From a cyanobacterium endosymbiont of Braarudosphaera bigelowii (lineage in GTDB: Bacteria > Cyanobacteriota > Cyanobacteriia > Cyanobacteriales > Microcystaceae), in assembly GCF_020885515.1 (NCBI RefSeq), contig NZ_AP024987.1, positions 540,001 through 572,000 of the forward strand: a stretch of 32,000 nucleotides of DNA. Direction: 5' to 3'. The position numbers and the translations under genes were made by a program. Below are positions 18,769-30,014 of this stretch, piece by piece (within the stretch, counting starts at the first letter, position 1; each line of letters starts with the position of its first letter). Under the pieces are notes generated by a model. It searched no databases. It was given only the letters and a program-made list of their open reading frames with translations, and was not told the origin of the DNA.

Positions 18769-20277
18769 ATGAGCAGGAATTTAAGAGAATTTATAAAAGA
18801 AGTTGAACAAAGAGGACAACTAAAACGTATTAAAAGCCTAGTAGACCCTAACTTAGAAATTGCAGAAATTTCTAATAGACTTTTACAAGTAGGAGGGCCA
18901 GCCTTATTCTTTGAGAATGTTAAGGAATCTAATTTTCCCTTGGTTGTTAATTTATTAGGAACTGTAGAACGTGTATGTTGGGCATTAAAAGTAGAAAAGC
19001 CTGAGGAATTAGAAATTCTAGGAAAGAAGTTGGCAATGTTACAGCAACCTAAACCGCCGAAAAATATTTCTCAGGCAATCGACTTTGGAAAAGTACTTTT
19101 TGATGTTATTAAAGCAAAATCTAGTAATAGTTTTTTTCCTCCCTGCCAGCAATTTGTTCTTACAGATGAAAAGGTTGACCTTTCAATTCTTCCTCTGATA
19201 CGTCCCTACCCAAAAGATGCAGGAAAAATAATTACTTTAGGACTAGTTATAACAAAAGACTGTGAAACTGGTACTTCCAATGTCGGTGTTTATCGTTTGC
19301 AGTTACAATCGAAAAATACAATGACAGTACATTGGTTATCAGTGAGAGGAGGAGCTAGACATCTTAGGAAAGCAAAAGAAGCAGGAAAAAAATTAGAAAT
19401 TGCTATAGCCTTAGGGGTTGATCCTTTGATTATTATGGCAGCTGCGACTCCAATTCCAGTAGATCTTTCAGAATGGTTATTTGCTGGATTATATGGAGGT
19501 TCAGGAGTTTCTCTTACAAAATGTAAAACTTTAAATTTAGAAGTTCCAGCTGAAGCTGAATTTATTCTAGAAGGCACAATCAACCCTGGTGAAGTAATGG
19601 TTGATGGTCCTTTTGGAGATCATATGGGCTATTACGGAGGAGAAGAAGATTCCCCCTTAATACATTTTCACTGTATGACACATCGTAAAAAGCCAATCTA
19701 TTTGACGACTTTTAGTGGCCGTCCTCCTAAAGAAGAAGCTATGATAGCTATAGCTTTGAATAGAATTTATACACCTATTCTAAGACAACAAATTACGGAA
19801 ATTAAAGATTTCTTCCTTCCTATGGAAGCTTTAAGTTACAAGGTCGCTATTATTTCTATCAAAAAAGCTTATCCCGGCCATGCTCGCCGTGCTGCTCTGG
19901 CTTTCTGGAGTGCCTTGCCTCAGTTTACTTATACTAAATTTGTAGTTGTGGTCGATGATAGTATAAATATTCGTGATCCACGACAAGTAATGTGGGCTAT
20001 TAGTTCTAAGACTGATCCATCAAGAGATGTTTTCATCTTAGCAGATACTCCTTTTGATACATTAGATTTTGCTAGTGAAAAGATTGGACTAGGTGGAAGA
20101 ATGGGAATCGATGCTACTACCAAAATTTATCCCGAAACTAATCATGAATGGGGAGAACCTTTAGAATCCGATACTAATACTGCTAATCTTGTCAATCAAC
20201 GTTGGTCAGAATATGGACTGGCTGATATCGCTCTAAAAGAAGTAAATGCTAATTTGTTTGGTTACGATATTCTGTAA
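18769..20277 (+). CDS. ubiD: UbiD-family decarboxylase
   Basis: 502 aa, LREFIKEVEQRGQLKRI, GGPALFFENV, DPLIIMAAATPIPVDLSEWLFAG, EGTINPGEVMVDGPFGDHMGYYGG: classic UbiD. Confidence 0.94.
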   Translation: MSRNLREFIKEVEQRGQLKRIKSLVDPNLEIAEISNRLLQVGGPALFFENVKESNFPLVVNLLGTVERVCWALKVEKPEELEILGKKLAMLQQPKPPKNISQAIDFGKVLFDVIKAKSSNSFFPPCQQFVLTDEKVDLSILPLIRPYPKDAGKIITLGLVITKDCETGTSNVGVYRLQLQSKNTMTVHWLSVRGGARHLRKAKEAGKKLEIAIALGVDPLIIMAAATPIPVDLSEWLFAGLYGGSGVSLTKCKTLNLEVPAEAEFILEGTINPGEVMVDGPFGDHMGYYGGEEDSPLIHFHCMTHRKKPIYLTTFSGRPPKEEAMIAIALNRIYTPILRQQITEIKDFFLPMEALSYKVAIISIKKAYPGHARRAALAFWSALPQFTYTKFVVVVDDSINIRDPRQVMWAISSKTDPSRDVFILADTPFDTLDFASEKIGLGGRMGIDATTKIYPETNHEWGEPLESDTNTANLVNQRWSEYGLADIALKEVNANLFGYDIL

Positions 20278-20523
20278 CGGTAAATTTTTATCAGAACAAT
20301 AATAGAAAACTCGATAAAACTACTTAAAAGTATTTAAGAATTAATTTTTAGAATTTCATATTTTTTTAGTGATATATAGTTTCTCTTCAATACACTAACA
20401 TATAGGTATTGACTATACTTTTAAGCAGCTTGAGATTGCTATATGTTAAAATTTCTGAATATTTCACTGTTATTGAGGAGCTGCAAAATACTTCAATATC
20501 TAACCCATTATTAAGGAAATTTC

Positions 20524-22452
20524 ATGACAATAAAAAGTAATTATGGTGCAGAACAAATTCAAGTTCTCGAAGGATTAGAACCAGTAAGGAAGCGTCCAGG
20601 TATGTATATTGGGACTACTGGACCAAAAGGACTTCACCACCTTGTTTATGAAGTTGTAGATAATTCGATTGATGAGGCTTTAGCTGGCTACTGTACTCAT
20701 ATTGAAGTTGATATAAATTTTGATGGTTCTGTTACTGTTACGGATAACGGGCGAGGAATACCAACTGATATTCATCCTGCCACAGGTAAATCTGCCTTGG
20801 AAACAGTAATGACAGTTCTCCATGCAGGAGGTAAATTTGGAGGTGGTGGATATAAAGTTTCGGGGGGACTTCATGGAGTTGGAATTTCTGTTGTTAATGC
20901 TTTATCAGAATGGCTAATTATTAATGTTTGGCGAGATAATAATATATATACGCAGCGCTATGAATGTGGGGCTGCTGTTAGTGAACTAGAAAAAAAACCT
21001 AATTTTGAACATTCAAATGGTACATCAGTTTCTTTCCTTCCTGACAAACAAATTTTTACATCTGATATGAATTTTGACTATATTACTTTATCAGGAAGAT
21101 TAAGAGAGTTGGCATATCTTAACTCTCAAGTAAAAATTACATTTACTGACTACCGAAAAAAAGAACCTCATATTGAAACTTATTTTTATGAGGGAGGAAT
21201 TAAGGAATATGTTGCTTATATGTGTAGAGATAAGGAACCCTTACACAAGGACATCATCTATATCTGTGGAGAGAAAAAAGGTGTTCAAGTTGAAGCTGCG
21301 TTACTCTGGTGCGTAGATGCATATAGTGATAGTTTATTAGGTTTTGCAAATAACATCAGAACTGTTGATGGTGGTACACACTTAGAAGGGCTTAAAACAG
21401 TTCTAACCAGAACAATGAATAATATTGCTAGGAAACGAAATAAAATAAAAGAAAATGAATCTAATTTGGGTGGTGAAAATGTTCGAGAAGGCTTAACAGG
21501 TATTGTTTCTGTTAAGGTTCCAGAACCAGAATTTGAGGGACAAACAAAAACAAAACTTGGTAATACAGAAGTTAGAGGTATTGTAGATTTATTGGTAGGA
21601 GAAGTCTTAGGAGAATATTTAGAGTTTCATCCTCATGTGGCTGATAATATCATAGAGAAAGCTGTTCAATCTCTTAAAGCAGCAGAAGCAGCAAGAAGAG
21701 CTAGAGATCTTGTACGTCGCAAGTCTGTTTTGGAATCTTCTCCTTTACCTGGGAAATTAGCAGATTGTAGTACAAGAGATCCTGCAGAAGCAGAGATTTT
21801 CTTGGTAGAGGGAGATTCAGCAGGAGGTTCTGCTAAACAAGGAAGGGATAGACGTTTTCAAGCAATCTTGCCTCTTAGAGGAAAAATTATTAATATTGAG
21901 AAGACTGATGATGCAAAGATATATAAAAATAATGAAATCCAATCTTTGATCACTGCTTTAGGCTTAGGGATTAAAGGGGAGGAATTTGATTCATCACAAT
22001 TACGCTACCACAGAATTGTAATTATGACGGATGCAGACGTTGATGGAGCACATATTCGTACTTTGTTATTAACTTTTTTCTATCGTTATCAGCGATTATT
22101 AATAGAAAAAGGTTATGTATATATTGCTTGTCCTCCTTTGTATAAGATAGAAAGAGGGCGTAATCATTCTTACTGTTATAATGAACAACAATTACAAGAC
22201 CATCTCACAACCTTACCTACGAATGCTAAGTATACTATTCAGCGATTTAAAGGTTTAGGCGAAATGATGCCTGTACAGCTATGGAATACAACTATGAATC
22301 CTGAGACACGTAGTATGAAAAAAGTAGAAATTGAGGATGTTGTTGAAGCAGATCGTATTTTTACAATTTTGATGGGTGATCGAGTTGCACCTAGACGACA
22401 GTTTATTGAAAACTATGGATCTAAATTGAATTTGACAGATCTCGATATATAA
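20524..22452 (+). CDS. gyrB: DNA gyrase subunit B
   Basis: [92 protein letters not shown]. 642 aa with no intein or insertion. Confidence 0.98.
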   Translation: MTIKSNYGAEQIQVLEGLEPVRKRPGMYIGTTGPKGLHHLVYEVVDNSIDEALAGYCTHIEVDINFDGSVTVTDNGRGIPTDIHPATGKSALETVMTVLHAGGKFGGGGYKVSGGLHGVGISVVNALSEWLIINVWRDNNIYTQRYECGAAVSELEKKPNFEHSNGTSVSFLPDKQIFTSDMNFDYITLSGRLRELAYLNSQVKITFTDYRKKEPHIETYFYEGGIKEYVAYMCRDKEPLHKDIIYICGEKKGVQVEAALLWCVDAYSDSLLGFANNIRTVDGGTHLEGLKTVLTRTMNNIARKRNKIKENESNLGGENVREGLTGIVSVKVPEPEFEGQTKTKLGNTEVRGIVDLLVGEVLGEYLEFHPHVADNIIEKAVQSLKAAEAARRARDLVRRKSVLESSPLPGKLADCSTRDPAEAEIFLVEGDSAGGSAKQGRDRRFQAILPLRGKIINIEKTDDAKIYKNNEIQSLITALGLGIKGEEFDSSQLRYHRIVIMTDADVDGAHIRTLLLTFFYRYQRLLIEKGYVYIACPPLYKIERGRNHSYCYNEQQLQDHLTTLPTNAKYTIQRFKGLGEMMPVQLWNTTMNPETRSMKKVEIEDVVEADRIFTILMGDRVAPRRQFIENYGSKLNLTDLDI

Positions 22453-22892
22453 GAATTGCATTCCAATATTACGATCTAAATTAATTATTTGAGTAGTATT
22501 TTTCCTATGTAATAGGAAGCCAAATAGTCAATCATAAACTCCTTATAATAAGGGTTAATAAATGTGTGGCATATATGTATTTAATACAACCATAGTTAAT
22601 GTTTCAAATGTAGCCTTTAACTGAAAAATATTTAATTAAAGAGAAATAAGTTATTCGTTAAATAGCTAAATTATTGATTACTAATGTTCATTAGTACAAA
22701 AATTGAATACTTTATGTAAATCACCAATGTTATTTATTGTTAGTTATTTTACATATACTATCTATTTGTTAAATGGATAAGCTAATTTATTTAATTTTAT
22801 TCGTAATACACATCTATCATTTCTAAACAATGTCTACATATACTTAGATGGTTACTACAGGTTACTTTTGGAACGGACTTGTATATTATTAT

Positions 22893-23657
22893 TCATATTG
22901 AAGAATTTAATGTTTTTTGTAATTTAATAACATTTCCAACAATAGCTATTGCTGGAGCTTGAAAACCTTTTTGTTTGACTTGTTCGATCACTAATCCTAA
23001 TGTACTCACTAATTGTTCTTGTTCCAACAAAGTTCCCCAACGTATTAGAGCAATTGGTGTTTTAGATATTAATCCTTCTAATAATAGCTGGGTTACAATA
23101 TTTGCTAAGTTATGGATTCCCATATAAATAACAATAGTTTCTGCACCATTAGCAACTGCCGACCAATTAACTCCGGAACGATATTTACCTACTGCTTCAT
23201 GCCCAGTTACAAATGTTACAGAAGAACTATATCTTCGATGAGTAATTGGAATTCCTGCATATGCAGGAGCTGCGATTCCTGAAGTAATACCAGGAACAAT
23301 TTCTACTGAAATTCCAGAATTGATAAGATCTTCCATTTCTTCTCCTCCTCTGCCAAAGACAAATGGGTCTCCACCTTTTAGTCTTACTACTACAGAATAT
23401 CTTTTTGCCTGTTCTATCAAAATTTTAGTAGTTTCTATTTGTAGCTTAGAATGATTACCTCTACGTTTTCCTACATTAATTTTAATAGCATCATTATTTA
23501 TCATACTAAGAATTTCAGAGCTGATCAGAGCATCATAAACTACTACATCAGCATGCTCTAATAAATTTTTACCTTTGATGGTCATTAAATTAGGATCACC
23601 TGGACCTGAACCTACTAAATAAACCTTATTTATATGCATTTTTGATATTTTTTTCAT
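22893..23657 (-). CDS. cobA: Uroporphyrinogen-III C-methyltransferase
   Basis: VYLVGSGPGDPNLMTIKG, DALIS, VVRLKGGDPFVFGRGGEE, EIVPGITSGIAAPAYAGIPITHR, canonical SUMT. Confidence 0.96.
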   Translation of the reverse strand: MKKISKMHINKVYLVGSGPGDPNLMTIKGKNLLEHADVVVYDALISSEILSMINNDAIKINVGKRRGNHSKLQIETTKILIEQAKRYSVVVRLKGGDPFVFGRGGEEMEDLINSGISVEIVPGITSGIAAPAYAGIPITHRRYSSSVTFVTGHEAVGKYRSGVNWSAVANGAETIVIYMGIHNLANIVTQLLLEGLISKTPIALIRWGTLLEQEQLVSTLGLVIEQVKQKGFQAPAIAIVGNVIKLQKTLNSSI

Positions 23658-24433
23658 TACTTTACTATTTCATCTACAATTAACTTAACAAGTTCAAAAG
23701 TTTCTCCTATTGGATATCCTAAATTAATCTGAATTCCAGGCAAATCGCTTTGTATCTTTTGAATTTGTTGAGTAATAATGTTTGTAATTTTTCCTCTAAA
23801 AAGAAAATAGGGAATAATGGTAATTTTTACTTTATTTTGCTTTAGTAATATGTTAATTTGATCAGATAAATTGGGTTTTATTCCCCAATAAGCTGTTGTC
23901 GCATTCAATCTATTGGCAATACCTTCGATGGTATTGTTACCATCTTGAAAATTGCTACCATGAGAAATAATAATTCTAGCATTCATTTGAGAACATATTA
24001 AAAACTGATCGGATAAAATATTTACTAAGCCTTTATAGTTACCCAAGTGAGAACATAATTCTAAGTTCATAAAATTACCTATTTTTCTTTGAGCTATACT
24101 AACTTCTAGTGGAATATCTTGTTTAACATGAATTCCAGGAAATAAAAACATTGGAATAATTTTCAGATTCTTAATTCCGTAACTTTTTATTTTTGAAGCA
24201 AATTGCTGAATTTTTTTAGCTAGAGAAATTTGTGATAATTCTAAAGTTGCTGTTTCAACAATAACTATCTGAGGGATAGTGGGATAATAGCTTATTGAAG
24301 TCTTATATAGAACTTTGGTATGGAGACAATTTAGTTGCCAGGATATTAGATAAGATAATCTTTTCAGAGAAGTTTTATATTGTAAGTTATGGCTACCATG
24401 AACAACGAGAAGATAGGCAGATGTAGAAATCAA
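23657..24433 (-). CDS. Sirohydrochlorin chelatase family protein (CbiX/SirB-like), two tandem domains
   Basis: LLVVHGS near the N-terminus and IIISHGSNFQDG in the second half; MFLFPGIHVKQDIP and PYFLFRGKITNII are equivalent motifs in each half. The TAA stop overlaps the cobA ATG by one base. Confidence 0.85.
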   Translation of the reverse strand: MISTSAYLLVVHGSHNLQYKTSLKRLSYLISWQLNCLHTKVLYKTSISYYPTIPQIVIVETATLELSQISLAKKIQQFASKIKSYGIKNLKIIPMFLFPGIHVKQDIPLEVSIAQRKIGNFMNLELCSHLGNYKGLVNILSDQFLICSQMNARIIISHGSNFQDGNNTIEGIANRLNATTAYWGIKPNLSDQINILLKQNKVKITIIPYFLFRGKITNIITQQIQKIQSDLPGIQINLGYPIGETFELVKLIVDEIVK

Positions 24434-24813
24434 AATATTTGGAATATATACTTACTATGTTATGAAGCAAATCTAAGAAGTTGTAAATAAAAACTAATTT
24501 AAAATAATAAACTAAAGTCTATTTTTTAAAGAAAATCACATATCATATAAAAAGGAAGAATAGTATTGATTTTTGTCTGTTAATTCTTCTAAAAATTATT
24601 AACGCTTGTATACATTTTGTTAATATTTTTTAAATAACTATCTATTAATATATAGTCAATTAAATTTTTATTTGATAAAAAGTTTATCTAAAAATTAGAA
24701 AAAGTATATTATTTAATAATCATATAAACAAGCCTCTTTCTTGACCCCTAATATTTTTATTAGATGATAAGGTAAGAATGCTTCTCTATTTTTTCTAGTC
24801 TTTATACAAAATA

Positions 24814-25422
24814 ATGTCTGATATAGATTCTTCTGTTGAATTGAAACCAATTATATTAGATGCCCTGCCAGATTTTATAATTTCTGGACATCATTGTTCT
24901 ACTCATATTCAAAAGCATATAGATCTCATCTTACTTGCTCTTGAAGCGCTAGACTTAGGGACATCAGAACAAATGTTGACAACAATAAAGCTTTTCAATC
25001 TACAAAAAATTATTAAAAATCGTATTGTACTCTGGCGCTTACGTTCTACTAATCCTTGGAGACGTGCTTATAATCGTAGTGTTTTATCTATTGAGCAAGC
25101 AAAAGCATTAATCATAATTACAAATCATCATGTTAAACCTTTAACTTCAGAAATTCGACAATTATTGTTAGCCGAACAACAAATGAGTGAAAATAATTTG
25201 CCAGTAACTTGTCATTTTCTTTTAGCTGAATACTTAGATCAATTTCGTGCTCATTTTCATAGTCGTATGAATCCTAGTCGTACCAAAGTTTCTTTATATT
25301 TAGGTTCAGAGCAAAAATTAAATGAATTAGCCTTAATGCTGCTTAAAAAACTATTATTTTGCACAGGAACTTCTGGAATGCAACGTTTATGGGTTAGCTT
25401 ATTTGATGGAGAAGTCATATGA
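24814..25422 (+). CDS. DUF3038 family protein
   Basis: 202 aa: LDALPDFIISGHHCSTHIQKHIDLILLALEALDLG...NPWRR, cyanobacterial DUF3038-like. Confidence 0.82.
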   Translation: MSDIDSSVELKPIILDALPDFIISGHHCSTHIQKHIDLILLALEALDLGTSEQMLTTIKLFNLQKIIKNRIVLWRLRSTNPWRRAYNRSVLSIEQAKALIIITNHHVKPLTSEIRQLLLAEQQMSENNLPVTCHFLLAEYLDQFRAHFHSRMNPSRTKVSLYLGSEQKLNELALMLLKKLLFCTGTSGMQRLWVSLFDGEVI

Positions 25423-26054
25423 ATATTAGACGGTGTTATAGTTTGCCTAATTGCACTTTAGTATTAGAGGGCCTGAATAATAAAATCTCTTCCCATGAAA
25501 CTCACCAAATATTATCCACATTAGTAAATGCTGAGTGTAAATTTCTAGGTATTCCTCAAAAATTAGAAGGTGGGCATATCTTTTTCGAAAATCTTGTTAA
25601 GGTTACTAGCGAATATGTTCAAGCTTATTTAAGTGGAATTCCTCATCCTTTACCTTCTCTAACAGAAAAAAATATGGTTAATATTGAGAAGCTTTCTGAA
25701 GGAGATCTTCATTCTTTAACCTGGAGTCCATCTGTTGAAAATAAAGATGTTGTCATGATTGTACTAACAACAGTTCAGTTATTTGATTTAGTAGAGGCAA
25801 TTGATCAATTTTTTGCTGATAATCACACTTTGCCTAATTTTAATTTAGAACTAAAACCAATATCTAATCGTTATCACCACTCTGATGAATCCTTTACAGA
25901 ATTAGCAATTCCCATCACCATAGCAGTTACTAGCTTAAGTTTTATATCCTTATTGTTGTCCTTTATACCTGTCCCAGAAATTGTTGAACCAAAACCTAAT
26001 TTATCTCCGGTATCTGTAGAAACCTCCCTTTACTCTACTCATAAACAAAAGTAA
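25419..26054 (+). CDS. DUF4335 family protein, C-terminal TM segment
   Basis: MNIRRCYSLPNCTLVLEGLNN...GHIFFENLVKVTSEYVQAYLSG; ATGA overlap with DUF3038; hydrophobic segment AITIAVTSLSFISLLLSFI near the C-terminus. Confidence 0.82.
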   Translation: MNIRRCYSLPNCTLVLEGLNNKISSHETHQILSTLVNAECKFLGIPQKLEGGHIFFENLVKVTSEYVQAYLSGIPHPLPSLTEKNMVNIEKLSEGDLHSLTWSPSVENKDVVMIVLTTVQLFDLVEAIDQFFADNHTLPNFNLELKPISNRYHHSDESFTELAIPITIAVTSLSFISLLLSFIPVPEIVEPKPNLSPVSVETSLYSTHKQK

Positions 26055-26113
26055 AAAATTTTCCTAAATATTGTTTTACATTTTTGTTAATCATATGACA
26101 TTATTTTATTGGT

Positions 26114-27256
26114 TCAAAATTGGAAAACTTTACCTCCCTCAACTTTTATAATTTGCGAAGATTTCAACCATTCTGTATCAAAATTAGGCAAATGAGTAGT
26201 TGTAATAAGTGTTTGAAATCTTCCTTGAATAACTTCTAGTAATTGTCTTTGTCGATTATGATCTAATTCGGCCAAGACATCATCAAGTAGTAACAATGGA
26301 GGTTCTCCAATAACATCTTCAATTAACTGAAGTTCTGCTAGTTTAATAGCTAAAACTAAAGTTCTTTGCTGTCCTTGAGAACTATAAAATTTTGCTTGTT
26401 TTTTATTTATATTAAATTCAACATCATCTCGATGAGGACCAACAACTGTGGTAGCATGATTTCTTTCAACAGCACTGCATTGTTCTATTTTTTCTAGAAA
26501 TCTTTGCTGTATAGTCTGATGATCCTCATTTTTAATATTGATATTAGACAGATAATTGATCTCTAGTAATTCTGCTTTTCCACTAATGCTTTTGTGCCAT
26601 CTTTGCGCCAAAGGAACCAATCTTTGTATTACGCGGTTTCGTCTTCTAGTAATTCTTGTTCCTGTTTCTGAAAGTTGTTCATCCCACAATTGCAGTTGAG
26701 ATACTGCACCTAGTAAATCATCAGAATCTTTTTGATCGTTGAATTGCCCCCTAATTATTTTAAGAAAAGAATTTCTTTGCTTCAAAATTTTATGATATTG
26801 ATTAATAATATGAGCATAAATAGGTTCTAATTGAATCAAAAGTGTATCTAGCCAAGTACGACGAATTTCTGGTGATCCTCTTACTAAATCTAAATCTAAG
26901 CAAGAAAATTCTACTGCATTAATATGACCTAAAAAGTCAAGATGGCGATGTAATCTTTCATGGTTCAACATTAAAGTACGTTTGCCACTTGATCGAAATG
27001 TAATACTTAATTCAGACTGTCCATAAATTCTCTCAATATTGGCTATTATTTGGCTACTTTTCTCACCCTCTGATATTAAATCTTGATCTCGTCTTGTACG
27101 ATGACTTTTTAAGGTAGCTAACAATTCTATTGCTTCCAATAGATTAGATTTTCCTTGAGCGTTATTCCCTAATAAAATTGTTTTTTGAGACTGCAAGCTA
27201 ACTGACTGTTTATAATAATTTCGAAAAGTATACAAATTAATATTTTTTAAGTACAT
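26114..27256 (-). CDS. recF: DNA replication/repair protein RecF
   Basis: MYLKNINLYTFRNYY, LLGNNAQGKSNLLEAIELLATLKSHR, TVVGPHRDDVEF, LRGLVL-like ALKLAELQLI, PPLLLLDDVLAELD. Confidence 0.96.
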   Translation of the reverse strand: MYLKNINLYTFRNYYKQSVSLQSQKTILLGNNAQGKSNLLEAIELLATLKSHRTRRDQDLISEGEKSSQIIANIERIYGQSELSITFRSSGKRTLMLNHERLHRHLDFLGHINAVEFSCLDLDLVRGSPEIRRTWLDTLLIQLEPIYAHIINQYHKILKQRNSFLKIIRGQFNDQKDSDDLLGAVSQLQLWDEQLSETGTRITRRRNRVIQRLVPLAQRWHKSISGKAELLEINYLSNINIKNEDHQTIQQRFLEKIEQCSAVERNHATTVVGPHRDDVEFNINKKQAKFYSSQGQQRTLVLAIKLAELQLIEDVIGEPPLLLLDDVLAELDHNRQRQLLEVIQGRFQTLITTTHLPNFDTEWLKSSQIIKVEGGKVFQF

Positions 27257-27768
27257 TTTTATTCTTTGATTAGCATAATTGAAAATTTACTAGAAAATAA
27301 AGATAAGTCTGTACATTATAGATTAGATATTTTTTTCAGAAGCTAGATATTATGTAGTTTGGTAATTGCATTTTATCTAGAAGCAAATATACTTAGCTAT
27401 AGTTTTAATATTTTAAAAAGCTTATCAAACTATTTCTTAGAAAATATTTTTTACTTTTCATGTTGGACATTAAAAAGTCGAATTACTATTTTGTGGATAT
27501 ATAGTTGATTATATTTATTTACTAACTTTTTATAAATATAAATTATTAATAATTTAAAATAAACCCATTCTTTTTCTTAGTAAAATAAAGATAATGAATT
27601 TATATTATTTTCACTGAATTACTAATAAATAAAGAATAGTATATAGAAAAAAATCTACATATCATAATATGATAATTTAAGGGCACGCTACTTTTTTGTA
27701 GATAATATCCATTAAAAGAACAATTATTTAAAATAAACTTTATTCTTTAATTAAATAAGTGAAAATAG

Positions 27769-28647
27769 CTATTTTTCTATATCTAAAGAGTAAATTTGAC
27801 CATCTACAAAAATACGGGTTATTCCTTTGGCTTGTAAGTAAGAACAAGTTTTATATAGGAGACGACTATCAGGAATCTTAATGACTCTTTGAGAACGATT
27901 AGAAAATCTACGAGCAAAACGATGATTATCAAATACTGGTAAAGTTCTTTGTTGTATCTCACTAACTGGAATTTGTCCTAAATGAGCAAATTCTTTCAAT
28001 GGTCGTGCAATTAATTCTGCAGAACGGTCTATGACAAGATAACAAGTTTTTGGGAGTATTGCGTCAGAAAGAGGTAAAACACGAATATTGCCGTTAGTAG
28101 ATAAAGATTCGTCATAGTTTTTATCATCTTCGCTACTATCTTCATCTTCTTCATCCCAATCTTCATAATTACATTCAAGATCTTCTCCTAACATTTCCTC
28201 TAAAGTTACAACATCTAGATTTTCTAGTTCATCAGATTCTTCTTCTACAACCTCAGTTTTTTCTAAAGATAACAGTAGATTTGGAATATGTTTTACAGTT
28301 ATTGGTTTAGGCTTAGCCGACAGATCATTAGGTATATTCTCCGATAAAGATTCAGTTATACAAGTATTTCCATCATCTTTTTCAGATTCGGGAAATAATT
28401 TTGTAATTTTGTAATTACTTTTCTTTGTTTCTCCCGTATTATTTTGAATTTTACTAGTTCTTGCTAACCGTTTTTGTTGAATTAGTTCTTCATACTCTAT
28501 ATCTGATAAAGTATTTTTTAAAAAACGGCTAATAGTAGAGCTGCTTACACCGTAACGATGAGCTAAGGTAGAAGTAGTTTCTGCGGTTTGGCGATAAAGT
28601 TTAAGAATTTCTTGTTTATCATCATCGATTAATTTTTTAGGACTCAT
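27769..28647 (-). CDS. HTH-domain protein with acidic central linker, conserved cyanobacterial-type regulator or transposase-like HTH protein
   Basis: N-terminal Hin/transposase-like HTH (DDKQEILKLYRQTAETTSTLAHRYGVSSSTISRFLKN), D/E-rich linker, C-terminal globular-looking domain. No catalytic transposase motifs recognisable. Confidence 0.7.
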   Translation of the reverse strand: MSPKKLIDDDKQEILKLYRQTAETTSTLAHRYGVSSSTISRFLKNTLSDIEYEELIQQKRLARTSKIQNNTGETKKSNYKITKLFPESEKDDGNTCITESLSENIPNDLSAKPKPITVKHIPNLLLSLEKTEVVEEESDELENLDVVTLEEMLGEDLECNYEDWDEEDEDSSEDDKNYDESLSTNGNIRVLPLSDAILPKTCYLVIDRSAELIARPLKEFAHLGQIPVSEIQQRTLPVFDNHRFARRFSNRSQRVIKIPDSRLLYKTCSYLQAKGITRIFVDGQIYSLDIEK

Positions 28648-28842
28648 GGTATTGTGCCTATCTTTGTCAGTTTGACTCTATACTAATATTTTTATAATAT
28701 TTGTTAAGATCGCCTCCTAGTAACCTAGGGATGAACATGTCTCGACAAATAGGCAAAATACTAGGATTGTACTAATTCTTTAATCTAGTTTATCGTCAAT
28801 TGCTAAGTTTCATCCTTTTTAAATATTAAAAACTTAATTATT

Positions 28843-29997
28843 ATGGACATAATGAAAGGAGAGCCCGCTTTATTAGTACTAGCCGATGGCACATTTTTTG
28901 AAGGTTTATCATTTGGCGCAAAAGGTACAGTTATGGGAGAAGTTGTATTTAATACAGGAATGACAGGATATCAAGAAGTCTTAACAGATCCAAGCTATTA
29001 TGGTCAAATTGTAAATTTTACATTTCCTGAATTAGGTAATACAGGAATAAACTATGATGATCTGGAGTCCGACAAACCTTATGTTTTTGGTGTGATTGCT
29101 AAAGACATTACATATTGTCCAAGTAATTGGCGTTCAATAGAATCTTTACCAGATTATTTGGTTCGCCATGGAATTGTAAGCATTTATGGCATTGATACTA
29201 GGCAGTTGACTCGTAAAATAAGATCCATGGGAGCAATGAATGGAATTATTTCTACAGAAGTATTAGATAAAGAAGTTTTAATATCCAAGTTGCAATCTGC
29301 TCCTTCAATGGAGGGGCTAAATTTAGTTGAGAAAATTAGTACTAGTACAATTTACCATTGGTCAATTCCTACAGATAAGAAATGGGAGTTTATAGCCGAT
29401 AAAAGTAAGTCTATTGAAGATTTGCTAACTGTTATAGTAGTTGACTTTGGAGTCAAACGAAATATCTTAAAGCGTCTAGTTAGCCATGGATGCAAAGTCA
29501 TTGTTGTTCCTCTTGACACATCGTTTAATGATATTTTGAGCTATAATCCTGACGGTATTTTTCTTTCTAACGGTCCCGGTGATCCAGCCTCAGTTACTGA
29601 AGGTATAGATCTTGTAAAATTACTTATTAAAGCTGAAATACCTATTTTTGGTATTTGTATGGGACACCAGATTCTAAGTTTAGCTTTAGGAGGCAATACG
29701 TTTAAATTAAGGTTTGGTCATCGTGGACTGAATCAACCTTGCGGATTAAATGAGAAAGTAGAGATTACAAGCCAAAATCATGGATTTGCTGTATCCAGAG
29801 AATCATTAAACAAAGATATAGAAATTAGTCACTTTAACTTAAATGACGATACTATCGCTGGGATATATCATAAAAAATTACCTTTTTTCTCTGTTCAATA
29901 CCATCCAGAAGCAAGTCCCGGACCCCACGATGCTGATTACCTGTTTACAAAATTTATTAAGCTTATGAAGCAATATAGAGCCAAATCTAATGAGTAA
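28843..29997 (+). CDS. carA: Carbamoyl-phosphate synthase small subunit
   Basis: [79 protein letters not shown]. Confidence 0.97.
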   Translation: MDIMKGEPALLVLADGTFFEGLSFGAKGTVMGEVVFNTGMTGYQEVLTDPSYYGQIVNFTFPELGNTGINYDDLESDKPYVFGVIAKDITYCPSNWRSIESLPDYLVRHGIVSIYGIDTRQLTRKIRSMGAMNGIISTEVLDKEVLISKLQSAPSMEGLNLVEKISTSTIYHWSIPTDKKWEFIADKSKSIEDLLTVIVVDFGVKRNILKRLVSHGCKVIVVPLDTSFNDILSYNPDGIFLSNGPGDPASVTEGIDLVKLLIKAEIPIFGICMGHQILSLALGGNTFKLRFGHRGLNQPCGLNEKVEITSQNHGFAVSRESLNKDIEISHFNLNDDTIAGIYHKKLPFFSVQYHPEASPGPHDADYLFTKFIKLMKQYRAKSNE

Positions 29998-30014
29998 TCT
30001 TATATATTTAAAAA

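Noticed and set aside
19290-20123. ORFs 19290..19583 (-) and 19929..20123 (-)
   Set aside because: Antisense to the UbiD-family gene; no independent support.
20680-22461. ORFs 20680..20874 (-) and 22279..22461 (-)
   Set aside because: Antisense to gyrB; chance open frames in AT-rich coding sequence.
22453-22892. Large spacer between gyrB and cobA as a possible ncRNA locus
   Set aside because: Only a weak 6-bp hairpin (TTCCTA/TAGGAA at 22504-22520) and AT-rich drift-like sequence; nothing I can support.
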